From positions 12,689,579 through 12,753,578 of the forward strand of contig NC_043026.1 of NCBI RefSeq assembly GCF_006345805.1: a stretch of 64,000 nucleotides of DNA. Direction: 5' to 3'. This stretch comes from Octopus sinensis (Eukaryota). Positions within the stretch are counted from its first letter, which is position 1. Each line of letters opens with the position of its first letter. Of this stretch, positions 1 through 11,006 are shown piece after piece. The translations under genes were made by a program, and so were the position numbers. The notes under the pieces were generated by a model. That model had not been told where the DNA came from, searched no databases, and saw only the letters and a program-made list of their open reading frames with translations.

Positions 1-862
1 AATTTTTTAATGCAGATTGTTTTTGCAGATTTGGAATCTCCGCACTCGATATCGTGGGTTCCTGTAAAAACAAAACCCAAAAAACATCGGAAAGAGGGTG
101 CGGTCCATTGTCTTTCCCCACGCCGTAAACGGAACTCTTCCCCCTTTATTTCAGGGAAAAGTAAAAGAACGAAGGAAAGGGATATGGGACTGAAATTTTA
201 ATGTTGGGATTGTTGAAAAAATCTTTTCCAGAATCGAAGTTTCCATGGCCTAAAAACATGAGATTCCGGAGAAAAAGAAAACAAAAAAGGAATTTGAAAG
301 CCGGGAAGGGCTCCGTTTCGATCTTTGCTATAGTTGAGGGTCGATGGTGGAAAAAGTTTGGCGACCCCTGATAAAGGCGTAGGGAACAGCACCAGCTGTG
401 TTTCTAATCATATGTCCGTTTAATGAACAAACATACGGTTATATGCATTCTAATGCTAAGATGTAATGATGTCAGAAATATTTGGCTGCTATTTTTAGCA
501 GGTTCAATGACCATGCGCAGACACTCTTGTTGAGACGTAATTACTATTTAGCTGGATGAGGTTTTTATCATTTACCTTGGCTGAGATGCAATTAAAGGTG
601 TGAATTAATATAATTTTAACGTCTCTTCGTGTTATATTGGGGACTTTTAATATATGTCACCGGTGTCGTTCAACCGCGGGAATAATTATCAACAGCTTCT
701 ACACGTGCTTCTAATTAAGACTAATCTAATTATATCAGATGTAGTAATACCTCGTGTTCAGGTGAACGTTGATCTCTATGAATAACACGAAGCGACTTAC
801 ATGATTTGTGATTTAATATTTCTCTTGATCACAGCTTTAGTTGGTTGATCCCTATTTTACAG

Positions 863-1058
863 GAAAGGGGGCAAAAAGCTTTGAATCGAGGAACTTTGCT
901 CGCCCTTCTTCATATTTCATTTGGACCTTAGATCGAAAGCACGAATTGTTTGTATGCCCCTTTGTAGCAAATATTGTGCGCATTTCTACGATCCATGGTG
1001 GGAAAAACAAACTGGATTTCAAGAAAGGATCCTGGTCAGATCAACAAGTATTCTAATG
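863..1058 (+). other. Predicted upstream 5' UTR exon of unit 1 (196 nt)
   Basis: CCTATTTTACAG acceptor and ATG|GTAAGT donor. The next acceptor TTATTATTTCAG| opens at 1949. All three sites are conserved in all seven copies. Confidence 0.65.
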
Positions 1059-1425
1059 GTAAGTGAAAAAATATATCTACATAGCATTTGTTGTACACTT
1101 GTTAACGGAGGTGTGTGATATCTAAGACAAGAAACTGAACCATAGGAGGTTAGTCTATATCTACAGACATTTGTCAGCTTTTTAAGTATTCCTGAAGACA
1201 AGCAGGAAGACCTCCCTCACAACGGCTTTCCTTTTGGTAAACGATATTTCCCCTTTTGACACCCGATTTGTGTAATTTTCTTTTGAGTCCTTTAATCGTT
1301 TAATAATGTATATTTTGCCAGTAAATTTAGGGCATAACTACAGAAATGCGGGATCCTTTCGGTTTGGGGAGTTACCAAAATTGAAATTGCAAAAATGTTT
1401 ATATCATTGTTCTGTGACCCTAACC

Positions 1426-1627
1426 GTATCTTGGTACTAGTCTTGGAGACTGGACCCGGTGCGCGCAGACGCGCATCCGCGCTTGCGAGTCGTAGGTTGT
1501 CGATTCTACAGCGACTTGCGTATGCAAATGAGCTGATTGGCGCAACACTGCAAAAACTAACTTAATAGCGAGCCCCTACTGGAGCTTAAGAAATATTTTT
1601 CAACGATATACGGTGTATATTAATTCA
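1426..1627. mobile_element. One-ended fragment of the Mutator-like TIR family in the intron of unit 1
   Basis: GGTACTAGTCTTGGAGACTGGACCCGGTGCGCGC resembles the TIR at 48623. Also present at 8280 and 15036; absent from units 4-7. Confidence 0.6.
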
Positions 1628-2329
1628 CATTGTTCTGTGACCCTAACCACATCTTTTCAGGGAGTTCTCAAAAATAAAGCCCCCAAAAATCAAAATATTA
1701 TTCCCTTCCAAACCTGAACTCATCATATATAAATTTATATATATATATGTGTATATAGATAGATATAGATATGTATATATGTGCATGCATGAGTAATGTT
1801 ACACAATGTTAAAGAGTAGTTGTAGTTTACAAATTCTTACATTTCACCCAATGTTATATGATGTCATTTGTTAATTAATAAAGAAATATTGTAACATTTC
1901 TCTTTTGATCTCTCCTCTCTATCTAATTCTGTTTCTTTATTATTTCAGATTTACGGATGACATTGGCATCAAAGAAATTTTCTTTTATAATGAATACAAT
2001 TTCAACATTTTTCATGTTTTAAAGTCTTGAGGAAAAGTTTACACAGAACGCATTGAAGCCTATTTCTATAAATCTTTGGTAGAACTTCAATGAAATGTTT
2101 GCTCTGAACTGAGATTAATAGCAACATTTTTCTATTTCATTAGCTGATGCTTTGCATTCTCGTTACTCTTTGATGACTTTCTAAATTTATAGCATCTTTA
2201 GATATCAGTGAAGTTTGCAGTGGAAACATTTGTAAGGAATAAACTATAAAAAGAAGGATAAAGATAGGAGTAAAAGTTTAATGTGGTGAGAAAGGCCAAG
2301 GATTGGGTCTATTTTGATTCCTCAAAGAA

Positions 2330-4030
2330 ATGCTGAAAAATACTCGAAAATCATTGTATCGTTGTGATATCTGTGGTAAATCAACCACTAGAAGTGCTGC
2401 CTTAGATAGACACAAGCGTACTCACACAGGAGAGAAACCATATCACTGTGATATTTGTGGTAAATCTTTCACTCAAAGCAATAACTTAACTATACACAAA
2501 CTTGTTCATACAGGAGAGAAACCATATCACTGTGATATTTGTGGTAAATCATTCTCTCACAGAAGTGCCTTAACTAAACACAAACTTGTTCATACAGGAG
2601 AGAAGCCATTTCGCTGTGATATTTGTGGTAAATCCTTCACTAAAAGCAATGACTTAACTAAACACATACGTGTTCATACAGGAGAGAAGCAATTTCACTG
2701 TGATATCTGTGGTAAATCCTTCACTCAGAGTAATAGTTTAACTAGACACAGGCGTATTCACACAGGAGAAAAACCATTTCCCTGTGATGTCTGTGGTAAA
2801 TCATTCTCTGACAAAAGTGCCTTAATTGTACATAAACGTGTTCATACAGGGGAGAAACCATTTCGCTGTGATGTTTGTGGCAAATCATTCATTGCAAGTG
2901 GTGACTTAAATATACACAGACGTATTCACACAGGAGAGAATCCGTTTCACTGTGATATCTGTGGTAAATCATTCTCTCGAAGCAATCACTTAACTAATCA
3001 CAAACTTGTTCATACAGGAGAGAAACCATACCACTGTGATATCTGTGGTAAATCATTCTCTCAAAATTGTCAATTAACTTATCACAAACGCATTCATACA
3101 GGAGAGAAACCATACCACTGTGATATCTGTGGTGAATCATTCTCTCAAAGCAATCACTTAACTAAACACAGACGTATTCACACAGGAGAGAAACCATTTC
3201 ACTGTGATATCTGTGGTAAATCATTCTCTCAAAATTATCATTTAACTTCTCACAAACGGGTTCATACAGGAGAGAAACCATACCACTGTGATATCTGTGG
3301 TGAATCATTCTCTCAAAGTGATACTTTAAATAAACACAGGCGTATTCATACAGGAGAAAAGCCGTATCACTGTGATATCTGTGGTAAATCATTCTCACAA
3401 AATTGTCAATTAACTTCTCACAAACGTATTCATACAGGGGAAAAGCCATTTTGCTGTGATGTCTGTGGTAAATCATTCTCTCGAAGCAATCACTTAACTA
3501 ATCACAAACTTGTTCATACAGGAGAGAAACCATACCACTGTGATATCTGTAGTAAATCATTCTCTCAAAATTGTCAATTAACTTATCACAAACGCATTCA
3601 TACAGGAGAGAAACCATACCACTGTGATATCTGTGGTGAATCATTCTCTCAAAGCAATCACTTAACTAAACACAGACGTATTCACACAGGAGAGAAACCA
3701 TTTCACTGTGATATCTGTGGTAAATCATTCTCTCAAAATTATCATTTAACTTCTCACAAACGGGTTCATACAGGAGAGAAACCATACCACTGTGATATCT
3801 GTGGTGAATCATTCTCTCAAAGTGATACTTTAAATAAACACAGGCGTATTCATACAGGAGAAAAGCCGTATCACTGTGATATCTGTGGTAAATCATTCTC
3901 ACAAAATTGTCAATTAACTTCTCACAAACGTATTCATACAGGGGAAAAGCCATTTTGCTGTGATGTCTGTGGTAAATCATTCTCTCAAAATTGTCGTTTA
4001 ACTTCTCACAAACGTATTCATACAGAATAG
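2330..4030 (+). CDS. C2H2 zinc-finger array protein, unit 1 (20 fingers, 566 aa)
   Basis: Open ORF of tandem CxxC-x12-H-x3-H fingers with TGEKP linkers. It ends at TAG 4028-4030, and a further in-frame finger runs to TGA 4115-4117. Confidence 0.93.
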   Translation: MLKNTRKSLYRCDICGKSTTRSAALDRHKRTHTGEKPYHCDICGKSFTQSNNLTIHKLVHTGEKPYHCDICGKSFSHRSALTKHKLVHTGEKPFRCDICGKSFTKSNDLTKHIRVHTGEKQFHCDICGKSFTQSNSLTRHRRIHTGEKPFPCDVCGKSFSDKSALIVHKRVHTGEKPFRCDVCGKSFIASGDLNIHRRIHTGENPFHCDICGKSFSRSNHLTNHKLVHTGEKPYHCDICGKSFSQNCQLTYHKRIHTGEKPYHCDICGESFSQSNHLTKHRRIHTGEKPFHCDICGKSFSQNYHLTSHKRVHTGEKPYHCDICGESFSQSDTLNKHRRIHTGEKPYHCDICGKSFSQNCQLTSHKRIHTGEKPFCCDVCGKSFSRSNHLTNHKLVHTGEKPYHCDICSKSFSQNCQLTYHKRIHTGEKPYHCDICGESFSQSNHLTKHRRIHTGEKPFHCDICGKSFSQNYHLTSHKRVHTGEKPYHCDICGESFSQSDTLNKHRRIHTGEKPYHCDICGKSFSQNCQLTSHKRIHTGEKPFCCDVCGKSFSQNCRLTSHKRIHTE

Positions 4031-4623
4031 AGGCCTTTTTGCTGTGATTTCTGTGGTAAATCATTCTCTGAGAAACGTTACTTAATTGCACACGTATCTA
4101 TCCATACAAGAATTTGACTGTATTATTTATGAAATGTCTTTACAGCACACAGCAACAGACATTTTAAAACCCTTTCTCCTTGTGGGCATTGTCAGTAAGT
4201 GATGAACCCTTGGTAACATTCATAATCATGCCAACCCTTTTTGTAAGCACTTACCTGGGATACACGTAGTTTTGCTGGGCACAGGTATTTGTTAGAATTG
4301 TGTGTAGAAAATAATTTGTATAACCATAAATATTGCCACTTTAGGAAGCACTAGATTAGACAATTGTGAGGAGTGGAAACAGTGATGTGCAGATAAATAT
4401 AGTTGTGTGTGTAGCAGACACAAGAGGCCCATTGATATTAAAGCTGAAATCTAAAAGAGGAGAAACGTGTGAGGCAGTGCAGCATCATGAGAGCAGATGG
4501 TGGAGAAATCCAGGTGAACATCTTTTAGAGTAACTGGGTTTTTAGCAAGACACAATTTCTTGCATACTGAAAATATATACTCCATGAAGAAGATTGTGAA
4601 ATCGTGTGGAGGTGACGTGGTTA

Positions 4624-4629
4624 AATAAA
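4624..4629 (+). promoter_or_regulatory. Candidate polyadenylation signal AATAAA of the ZNF units
   Basis: AATAAA about 500 nt after the terminal TGA, followed by a T/G-rich tract. Conserved at 11641, 18486, 24379, 35880 (+) and 42847, 55987 (-). Confidence 0.45.
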
Positions 4630-4799
4630 TATGTCTTCAACACTGAAACTTGCTGACTTGGTTTTTATATGTACCTAAATATGTATGTTTGATTGCTTCT
4701 CGTTTATTAATTGCATCCAAGGTCTTTGTTGATGCTGGGCTTTGATCTTTGTTTGCTTGTTTATTTCAGCTTGCTTCTTATTCCTCTGTGTCAATTTGC

Positions 4800-5100
4800 T
4801 TCTGATGAAGCAATTAGATGAACAAAGCTGCTCTTCTTTGTGTTTCTCTAGGCTGTGGGTTCGTTTAGTATCTCAGATATAAAGTTGAATACATCGTTAG
4901 AGCACATCCAACCCTACGCTTAATAAATCTTTCTGGTTTTGTGTCGAGATATTGAAAAGCTGTGGGCCCTGGAAGCCCTAAACCGTTGCAGTATTGGATT
5001 CTTACCCAAGATGGAAAGTCCAAGGTGTTTGGTACGATGTAGTGGCGTTCAGTCCAGGTGTTACTATAGGTTTCATTACCAAATTTAGGGGTAGACCATA
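4800..5100 (-). mobile_element. Decayed CR1/L2-group LINE 3' end, unit 1
   Basis: PKFGNETYSNTWTERHYIVP...QYCNGLG then GPQLFNI across a frameshift resembles the C-terminal end of CR1/L2-group RT ORFs. Copies at about 11815-12118, 18660-18962, 24555-24858 (-) and 42375-42680 (+). Confidence 0.5.
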
Positions 5101-5111
5101 AAAGCTGTATA

Positions 5112-5270
5112 TATCTATATACAGCGGGCTTCTTACAGTTTCCGTCATCCAAATCCACTCACAAGGCTTCAGCTGGCCAGAGGCTATAGTAGATGAAACT
5201 TCCCCAAGGTGCCAAGCATTGGAACTGAACCGGGGAACCATGTGATTGATAAGCAAGCTACGTACCACAC
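5112..5270 (-). mobile_element. Decayed family A SINE head carried in the tandem unit
   Basis: CAGTTTCCGTCATCCAAATCCACTCACAAGG...GAACTGAACCGGGGAACCATGTG. Copies at about 12130, 18975 and 24868. Confidence 0.7.
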
Positions 5271-5399
5271 AATTTTCTTTTTAAATGCTTCAAATTGTGT
5301 AGATTATAATTATATAGGAATTTGCTGGGGGTAAACACTACCTGGAGTAGGGGTGGGCAATTCAGAGACTTTGTGAAAACGTATGAGGAAATAAAGATG

Positions 5400-5812
5400 T
5401 GTGAATTAGCCAAAACTCCTGTCCCCTCATCCTGAAAATGTTTCTCACAAGTGGTAGAAATAGACCAGATGGTCTTGTCATCTGTGCCTGGGTTAGAGGT
5501 AAGGTGCCTCATTTGGGATGCCACACTCTGCTACTCCTTTGCTCCTTCTCACATCCTGGATGCTGCAGTTAATGGCAGGGTCACTGCTTCCGTAGCCAAA
5601 TGGAAGAAAACCCTGAGGTATCGGGACGTGACAGTGAACTATCACTTCCACCTTGTGGTGTTTGAGACATTCAGAGGGACTAGGCCATTATCCATGAAGT
5701 TCTTGTCAACATTGGCAGGTGATGCCCGTGTGGGTGCATGGTTTTTCTTAACACCTGAGCCTCGCTGTCACCTGTAGTAATACTGGGAGGATGCTGGATT
5801 GCTTCAGTAGGT
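5400..5812 (+). mobile_element. CRE-type restriction-like endonuclease (RLE) C-terminal relic, unit 1
   Basis: RPDGL-x4-W-x2-GK/CLIWDAT...FAPSHI...VFETF...LSLAVTCSN, read across frameshifts, matches the PD-(D/E)xK C-terminus of CRE/R2-group elements. Copies at about 12414-12826, 19258-19670, 25155-25567 and, partial on -, 48050-48147. Confidence 0.72.
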
Positions 5813-5859
5813 TCTATCAAACCTTGTGGGGTGCAACCAGCTGCTGTGATAAAAGAAAT

Positions 5860-6560
5860 ACCTCCAAATATGCTGCAAATCCCTTATTTTGGTTTGGAAA
5901 AGTGGGAGGACACCCCCATCTTGGAATCGTTGGAAAATTATTTTTTTCATTGAATTAATTCCTCTGACCTAATATGCTACAAAACCTTTTTTTGGGGTCG
6001 GAAAAACGGGATGGAGGGAGCTGGAAGACTTGGAATGTTCACCCCCACTACCATTGATCTTTTTATCCACAAAGTTTTCAGTAAGGAAAAAAAATTGGAT
6101 TTTTTTGCGTGGAATCAAGTACCCTGACCTCCTAATATGCTGCAAATCCCTTATTGTAGTTAACAAAAAATTGGGGGCCTTCCCCACTTTTTCATGCAGG
6201 TGAAAAGATTAGTGGGGTTATGGGCAATATTTCTGAGGCTTCCACCTCACCCCACCCCGTTTTACGGACCCCAAAAAGAGTTTTGTAGCATATTAGGTCA
6301 CAGGAATTCATTCAAGAAAAAAAACCCCACAAAAATATCCAATGATTCCGAAATGGGAAGGGGTGACCCTATCCTCTTGTTTTCCAAACCAATATAAGGG
6401 ACGTGAAGCATCTTATTAGGTCAGGGTACTTGATTCCACCCCAAAAATCCAAGTTTTGTCTTTTTTCTCTTAGTGAAAATCATGCGGTTGTTAATATTGG
6501 AATTGAATGGGAAAAGCAGGCTCTTCATCCAGCTCCCCTCTCTACCTCCCCTTATTCTCC
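5860..6560. repeat. Foldback (inverted plus direct) repeat between units
   Basis: AATATGCTGCAAATCCCTTATT repeats directly at 5867 and 6134. GGAATCAAGTACCCTGACC is inverted as GGTCAGGGTACTTGATTCC. Long form also at about 25615-26330 and 47300-48005; short form in units 2 and 3. Confidence 0.7.
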
Positions 6561-7716
6561 TCACCATTCCCATCACCTCCTGCACCCCACCCGATTCTCA
6601 CTTTGTGCAGCTTCTATTTTATAATTTTATGCATGCCTGAAACATTAATAGAAGAAAACACTTTCATTTCATTTCTTGTTATGGGTCGGGGGAGGAGGTG
6701 GGGTTTTTGTTTTTGTTTTGTATATTTTGAAAAATTAGAATTTACAGTTTTTTTTTGTTTTTTTCAGAATCGTAATCTCCTTATTTTTCTACAAATTTCA
6801 CCAGAAAAATTTTGTTCTTAGTAGAAAATTCAAGAAATTGCGTTGGGAGATGAAAAAATTTTTAATGCAGATTGTTTTTGCAGATTTGGAATCAACGAAC
6901 TCGATATCGTGGGTTCCTGTAAAAACAAAACCCAAAAAACATCGGAAAGAGGGTGCGGTCCATTGTCTTTCCCCACGCCGTAAACGGAACTCTTCCCCCT
7001 TTATTTCAGGGAAAAGTAAAAGAACGAAGTAAAGGGATATGGGACTGAAATTTTGATGTTGGGATTGTTGAAAGAATCTTTTCCAGAATCGAAATTTCCA
7101 TGGCCTAAAAACATGGGATTCCGGAGAAAAGAAAAACAAAAAGTAATTTGAAAACCGGGAAGGGCTCCGCTTCGATCTTTGCTATAGTTGAGGGTCGATG
7201 GTGGAAAAAGTTTGGCGACCCCTGATAAAGGCGTAGGGAACAGCACCTGCTGTGTTTCTAATCATATGTCCGTCTAATGAACAAACATACGATTATATGC
7301 ATTCTAATGCTAAGATGTAATGATGTCAGAAATATTTGGCTGCTATTTTTAGCAGGTTCAGTGACCATGCGCAGACACTCTTGTTGAGACGTAATTACTA
7401 TTTAGCTGGATGAGGTTTTTATCATTTACCTTGGCTGAGATGCAATTAAAGGTGTGAATTAATATAATTTTAACGTCTCTTCGTGTTATATTGGGGACTT
7501 TTAATATATGACACCGGTGTCGTTCAACCGCGGGAATAATTATCAACAGCTTCTACACGTGCTTCTAATTAAGACGAATCTAATTATATCAGATGTAGTA
7601 ATACCTCGTGTTCAGGTGAACGTTGATCTCTATGAATAACACGAAGCGACTTACATGATTTGTGATTTAATATTTCTCTTGATCACAGCTTTAGTTGGTT
7701 GATCCCTATTTTACAG

Positions 7717-7912
7717 GAAAGGGGGCAAAAAACTTTGAATCGAGGAACTTTGCTCGCCCTTCTTCATATTTCATTTGTACCTTAGATCGAAAGCACGAAT
7801 TGTTTGTATGCCCCTTTGTAGCAAATATTGTGCGCATTTCTACTATCCATGGTGGGAAAAACAAACTGGATTTCAAGAAAGGATCCTGGTCAGATCAACA
7901 AGTATTCTAATG
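7717..7912 (+). other. Predicted upstream 5' UTR exon of unit 2
   Basis: Same acceptor and donor as unit 1; next acceptor opens at 9513. Confidence 0.65.
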
Positions 7913-8539
7913 GTAAGTGAAAAAATATATCTACATAGCATTTGTTGTACACTTGTTAACGGAGGTGTGTGATATCTAAGACAAGAAACAGAACCATAGG
8001 TGGTTAGTCTATATCTACAGACATTTGTCAGCTTTTTAAGTATTCCTAAAGACAAGCAGGAAGACCTCCCTCACAACGGCTTTCCTTTTGGTAAACGATA
8101 TTTCCCCTTTTGACACCCGATTTGTGTAATTTTCTTTTGAGTCCTTTAATCGTTTAATAATGTATATTTTGCCAGTAAATTTAGGGCATAACTACAGAAA
8201 TGCGGGATCCTTTCGGTTTGGGGAGTTACCAAAATTGAAATTGCAAAAATGTTTATATCATTGTTCTGTGACCCTAACCGTATCTTGGTACTAGTCTTGG
8301 AGACTGGACCCGGTGCGCGCAGATGCGCATCCGCGTTGCGAGTCGTAGGTTGTCGATTCTACAGCGACTTGCTATGCAAATGAGCTGATTGGCGCAACAC
8401 TGCAAAAACTAACTTAATAGCGAGCCCCTACTGGAGCTTAGGAAATATTTTCCAACGATATACGGTGTATATTATTTTAAAGACAAATGCTTTTTTTTTT
8501 TCGTTAGAAAACAATTAGAAGCATTGAAAAACATTTTTT

Positions 8540-9015
8540 TGGCGATCTCTCATCTCTAGTAGACCTTTTCGTCGATTTCTGTAAAAAAATCTTTTTTTTT
8601 ACACATGGGCTTGCGGGAACTTTTGAAGTAATATACATGCATATACACACACATACATACACACACACACACATACATGCATATACACATACACCGAGTA
8701 AAAAATTTCAGTTATCTCTTTCTTTCACACATTACTCTGTCTCTTCACACACACTAACAGAAGCACTTCACTTACACAACATAATGTCTGTCTCCCACAC
8801 CCCATCAAACACATACACACACACACACACACACATGTACATCAATGCTTCCCATGCACGGTAACTTCAAAAGAACTTCCCTCGTCATACAATCGCTTTC
8901 TCTTAGTCTCTTTCGCTCTCATTACTTCAAAAGTTCCCGCAAGCCCATATGTAAAAGAAAAAAAAAAATTTTACGGAAATCGACGGAAAGGTCTACTAGA
9001 GACGAAAGATCGCCA
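8540..9015. mobile_element. MITE with about 95-bp TIRs and an internal CA-rich tract
   Basis: TGGCGATCT...GAAGTAAT is inverted at the two ends. A second copy lies at 15299-15718. Confidence 0.75.
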
Positions 9016-9270
9016 TTTCCCCTTTTGACACCCGATTTGTGTAATTTTTTCTTGAGTCCTTTAATCGTTTAATAATGTATATTTTGTCAGTAAATTTAGG
9101 GCATAACTACAGAAATGCGGGATCCTTTCGGTTTGGGGAGTTACCAAAATTGAAATTGCAAAAATGTTTATATCATTGTTCTGTGACCCTAACCACATCT
9201 TTTCAGGGAGTTCTCAAAAATGAAGCCCCCAAAAATCAAAATATTATTCCCCGCCTAACCTGAACTCATC

Positions 9271-9319
<49 letters not shown>

Positions 9320-9893
9320 TAGATAGATAGAGATATGTATATATGTGCGTGCATGAGTAATGTTACACAATGTTAAAGAGTAGTTGTAGTTTACAAATTC
9401 TTACATTTCACCCAATGTTATATGATGTCATTTGTTAATTAATAAAGAAATATTGTAACATTTCTCTTTTGATCTCTCCTCTCTATCTAATTCTGTTTCT
9501 TTATTATTTCAGATTTACGGATGACAATGGCATCAAAGAAATTTTCTTTTATAATGAATACATCTTCAACATTTTTCATCTTTTAAAGTCTTGAGGAAAA
9601 GTTTACACAGAACGCATCTAAGCCTATTTCTATAAATCTTTGGTAGAAATTCTATGAAATGTTTGTTCAGAACTGAGATTAATAGCAACATTTTTCTATT
9701 TCATTAGCTGATGCTTTGCATTCTCGTTACTCTTTGATGACTTTCTAAATTTATAGCATCTTTAGATATCAGTGAAGTTTGCAGTGGAAATATTTGTAAG
9801 GAATAAACTATAAAAAGAAGGATAAAGATAGGAGTAAAAGTTTAACGTGGTGAGAAAGGCCAAGGATTGGGTCTATTTTGATTCCTCAGAGAA

Positions 9894-11006
9894 ATGCTGA
9901 AAAATATGCGAAAATCATTGTATCGTTGTGATATCTGTGGTAAATCAACCACTAGAAGTGATTTCTTAGATAGACACAAGCGTACTCACACAGGAGAAAA
10001 ACCATATCACTGTGATATCTGTGGTAAATCATACACTCAAAGCTATGACTTAACTAAACACAAATGTATTCATTCCAGAGAGAAGCCATTTCGCTGTGAT
10101 ATTTGTGGTAAATCCTTCACACAAAGCAATAACTTAACTAATCACAAACGTGTTCATACAGGAGAGAAGCCATTTCACTGTGATATTTGTGGTAAATCCT
10201 TCACTCAAAGTGGTGGCTTAACTAATCACAAACGTGTTCATACAGGAGAAAAACCATTTCAGTGTGATATCTGTGGTAAATCATTCTCTCAAAATTGTGT
10301 GTTAACTACTCACAAGCGTCTTCACACAGGAGAGAAACCATACCATTGTGATATTTGTGGTAAATCATTCTCTAAAAATTGTCATTTAACTCCTCACAAA
10401 CGTATTCATACAGGAGAGAAACCATATCACTGTGATGTCTGTGGTAAATCATTCTCTCACAGAAGTGCCTTAATTATACACAAACGTGTTCATACAGGAG
10501 AGAAGCCATTTTGCTGTGATATTTGTGGTAAATCCTTCACTCAGAGCAATGACTTAACTAAACACAAACGTGTTCATACAGGAGAGAAGCCATCTCGCTG
10601 TGATATTTGTGGTACATCATTCTCTCACAGAAGTGCCTTAATTATACACAAACGTGTTCATACAGGAGAGAAGCCATTTCGCTGTGATATTTGTGGTAAA
10701 TCCTTCACTCAAAGCGGTGGCTTAACTAATCACAAACGTGTTCATACCGGGGAGAAACCATATCACTGTGATATCTGTGGTAAATCATTCTCTCGAAGCA
10801 ATCACTTAGCTAAACACATATGTATTCATACAGGAGTGAAACCATATCAGTGTGATGTCTGTGGGAAAACATTCTCTGATAGAAGTGCCTTAACTAGACA
10901 CAGACGTATTCATACAGGAGAGAAACCATTTCACTGTGATATCTGTGGTAAATCATTCTCTCGAAATTATCGATTAACTTTTCACAAACGTATTCATACA
11001 GGATAG
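9894..11006 (+). CDS. C2H2 zinc-finger array protein, unit 2 (13 fingers, 370 aa)
   Basis: 13 canonical fingers with TGEKP linkers. Ends at TAG 11004-11006, followed by an in-frame finger to TGA 11091-11093. Confidence 0.93.
   Translation: MLKNMRKSLYRCDICGKSTTRSDFLDRHKRTHTGEKPYHCDICGKSYTQSYDLTKHKCIHSREKPFRCDICGKSFTQSNNLTNHKRVHTGEKPFHCDICGKSFTQSGGLTNHKRVHTGEKPFQCDICGKSFSQNCVLTTHKRLHTGEKPYHCDICGKSFSKNCHLTPHKRIHTGEKPYHCDVCGKSFSHRSALIIHKRVHTGEKPFCCDICGKSFTQSNDLTKHKRVHTGEKPSRCDICGTSFSHRSALIIHKRVHTGEKPFRCDICGKSFTQSGGLTNHKRVHTGEKPYHCDICGKSFSRSNHLAKHICIHTGVKPYQCDVCGKTFSDRSALTRHRRIHTGEKPFHCDICGKSFSRNYRLTFHKRIHTG

Noticed and set aside
10-1201. Short ORFs recurring in every unit (MQIVFAD..., MVDPYFT..., MSSGILK..., MIIIPAV..., MKHLIRS...)
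   Set aside because: They recur only because the DNA is recently duplicated. Stops and frameshifts vary among copies and no domain is recognisable. Only the splice-linked uORF was kept, as an inference.
1405-1648. 21-bp direct repeat as a target-site duplication
   Set aside because: Units 2 and 3 show it is the residue of a 179-bp duplication shortened by deletion.
2281-2329. Second intron or an N-terminal extension immediately before the ZNF ATG
   Set aside because: The reading frame is closed by TGA just upstream, and the AG before the ATG is AAG in most copies (CAG only in units 2 and 7). This cannot be decided without transcripts.
4028-4045. All four combinations of TAG/GAG with RPFR/RPFC as proof of conversion within 10 bp
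   Set aside because: CGC>TGC is a CpG transition and can recur independently.
3162-4091. Antisense ORFs MIYHR... (also 43453-43767, 44041-44271, 56845-57177, 58945-59175)
   Set aside because: They are shadows of the 84-bp finger repeat on the opposite strand and have no independent coding signal.
4865-5777. 97-aa and 108-aa ORFs as novel small genes
   Set aside because: They are better explained as frameshifted relics of a LINE 3' end plus SINE and of a CRE-type endonuclease.
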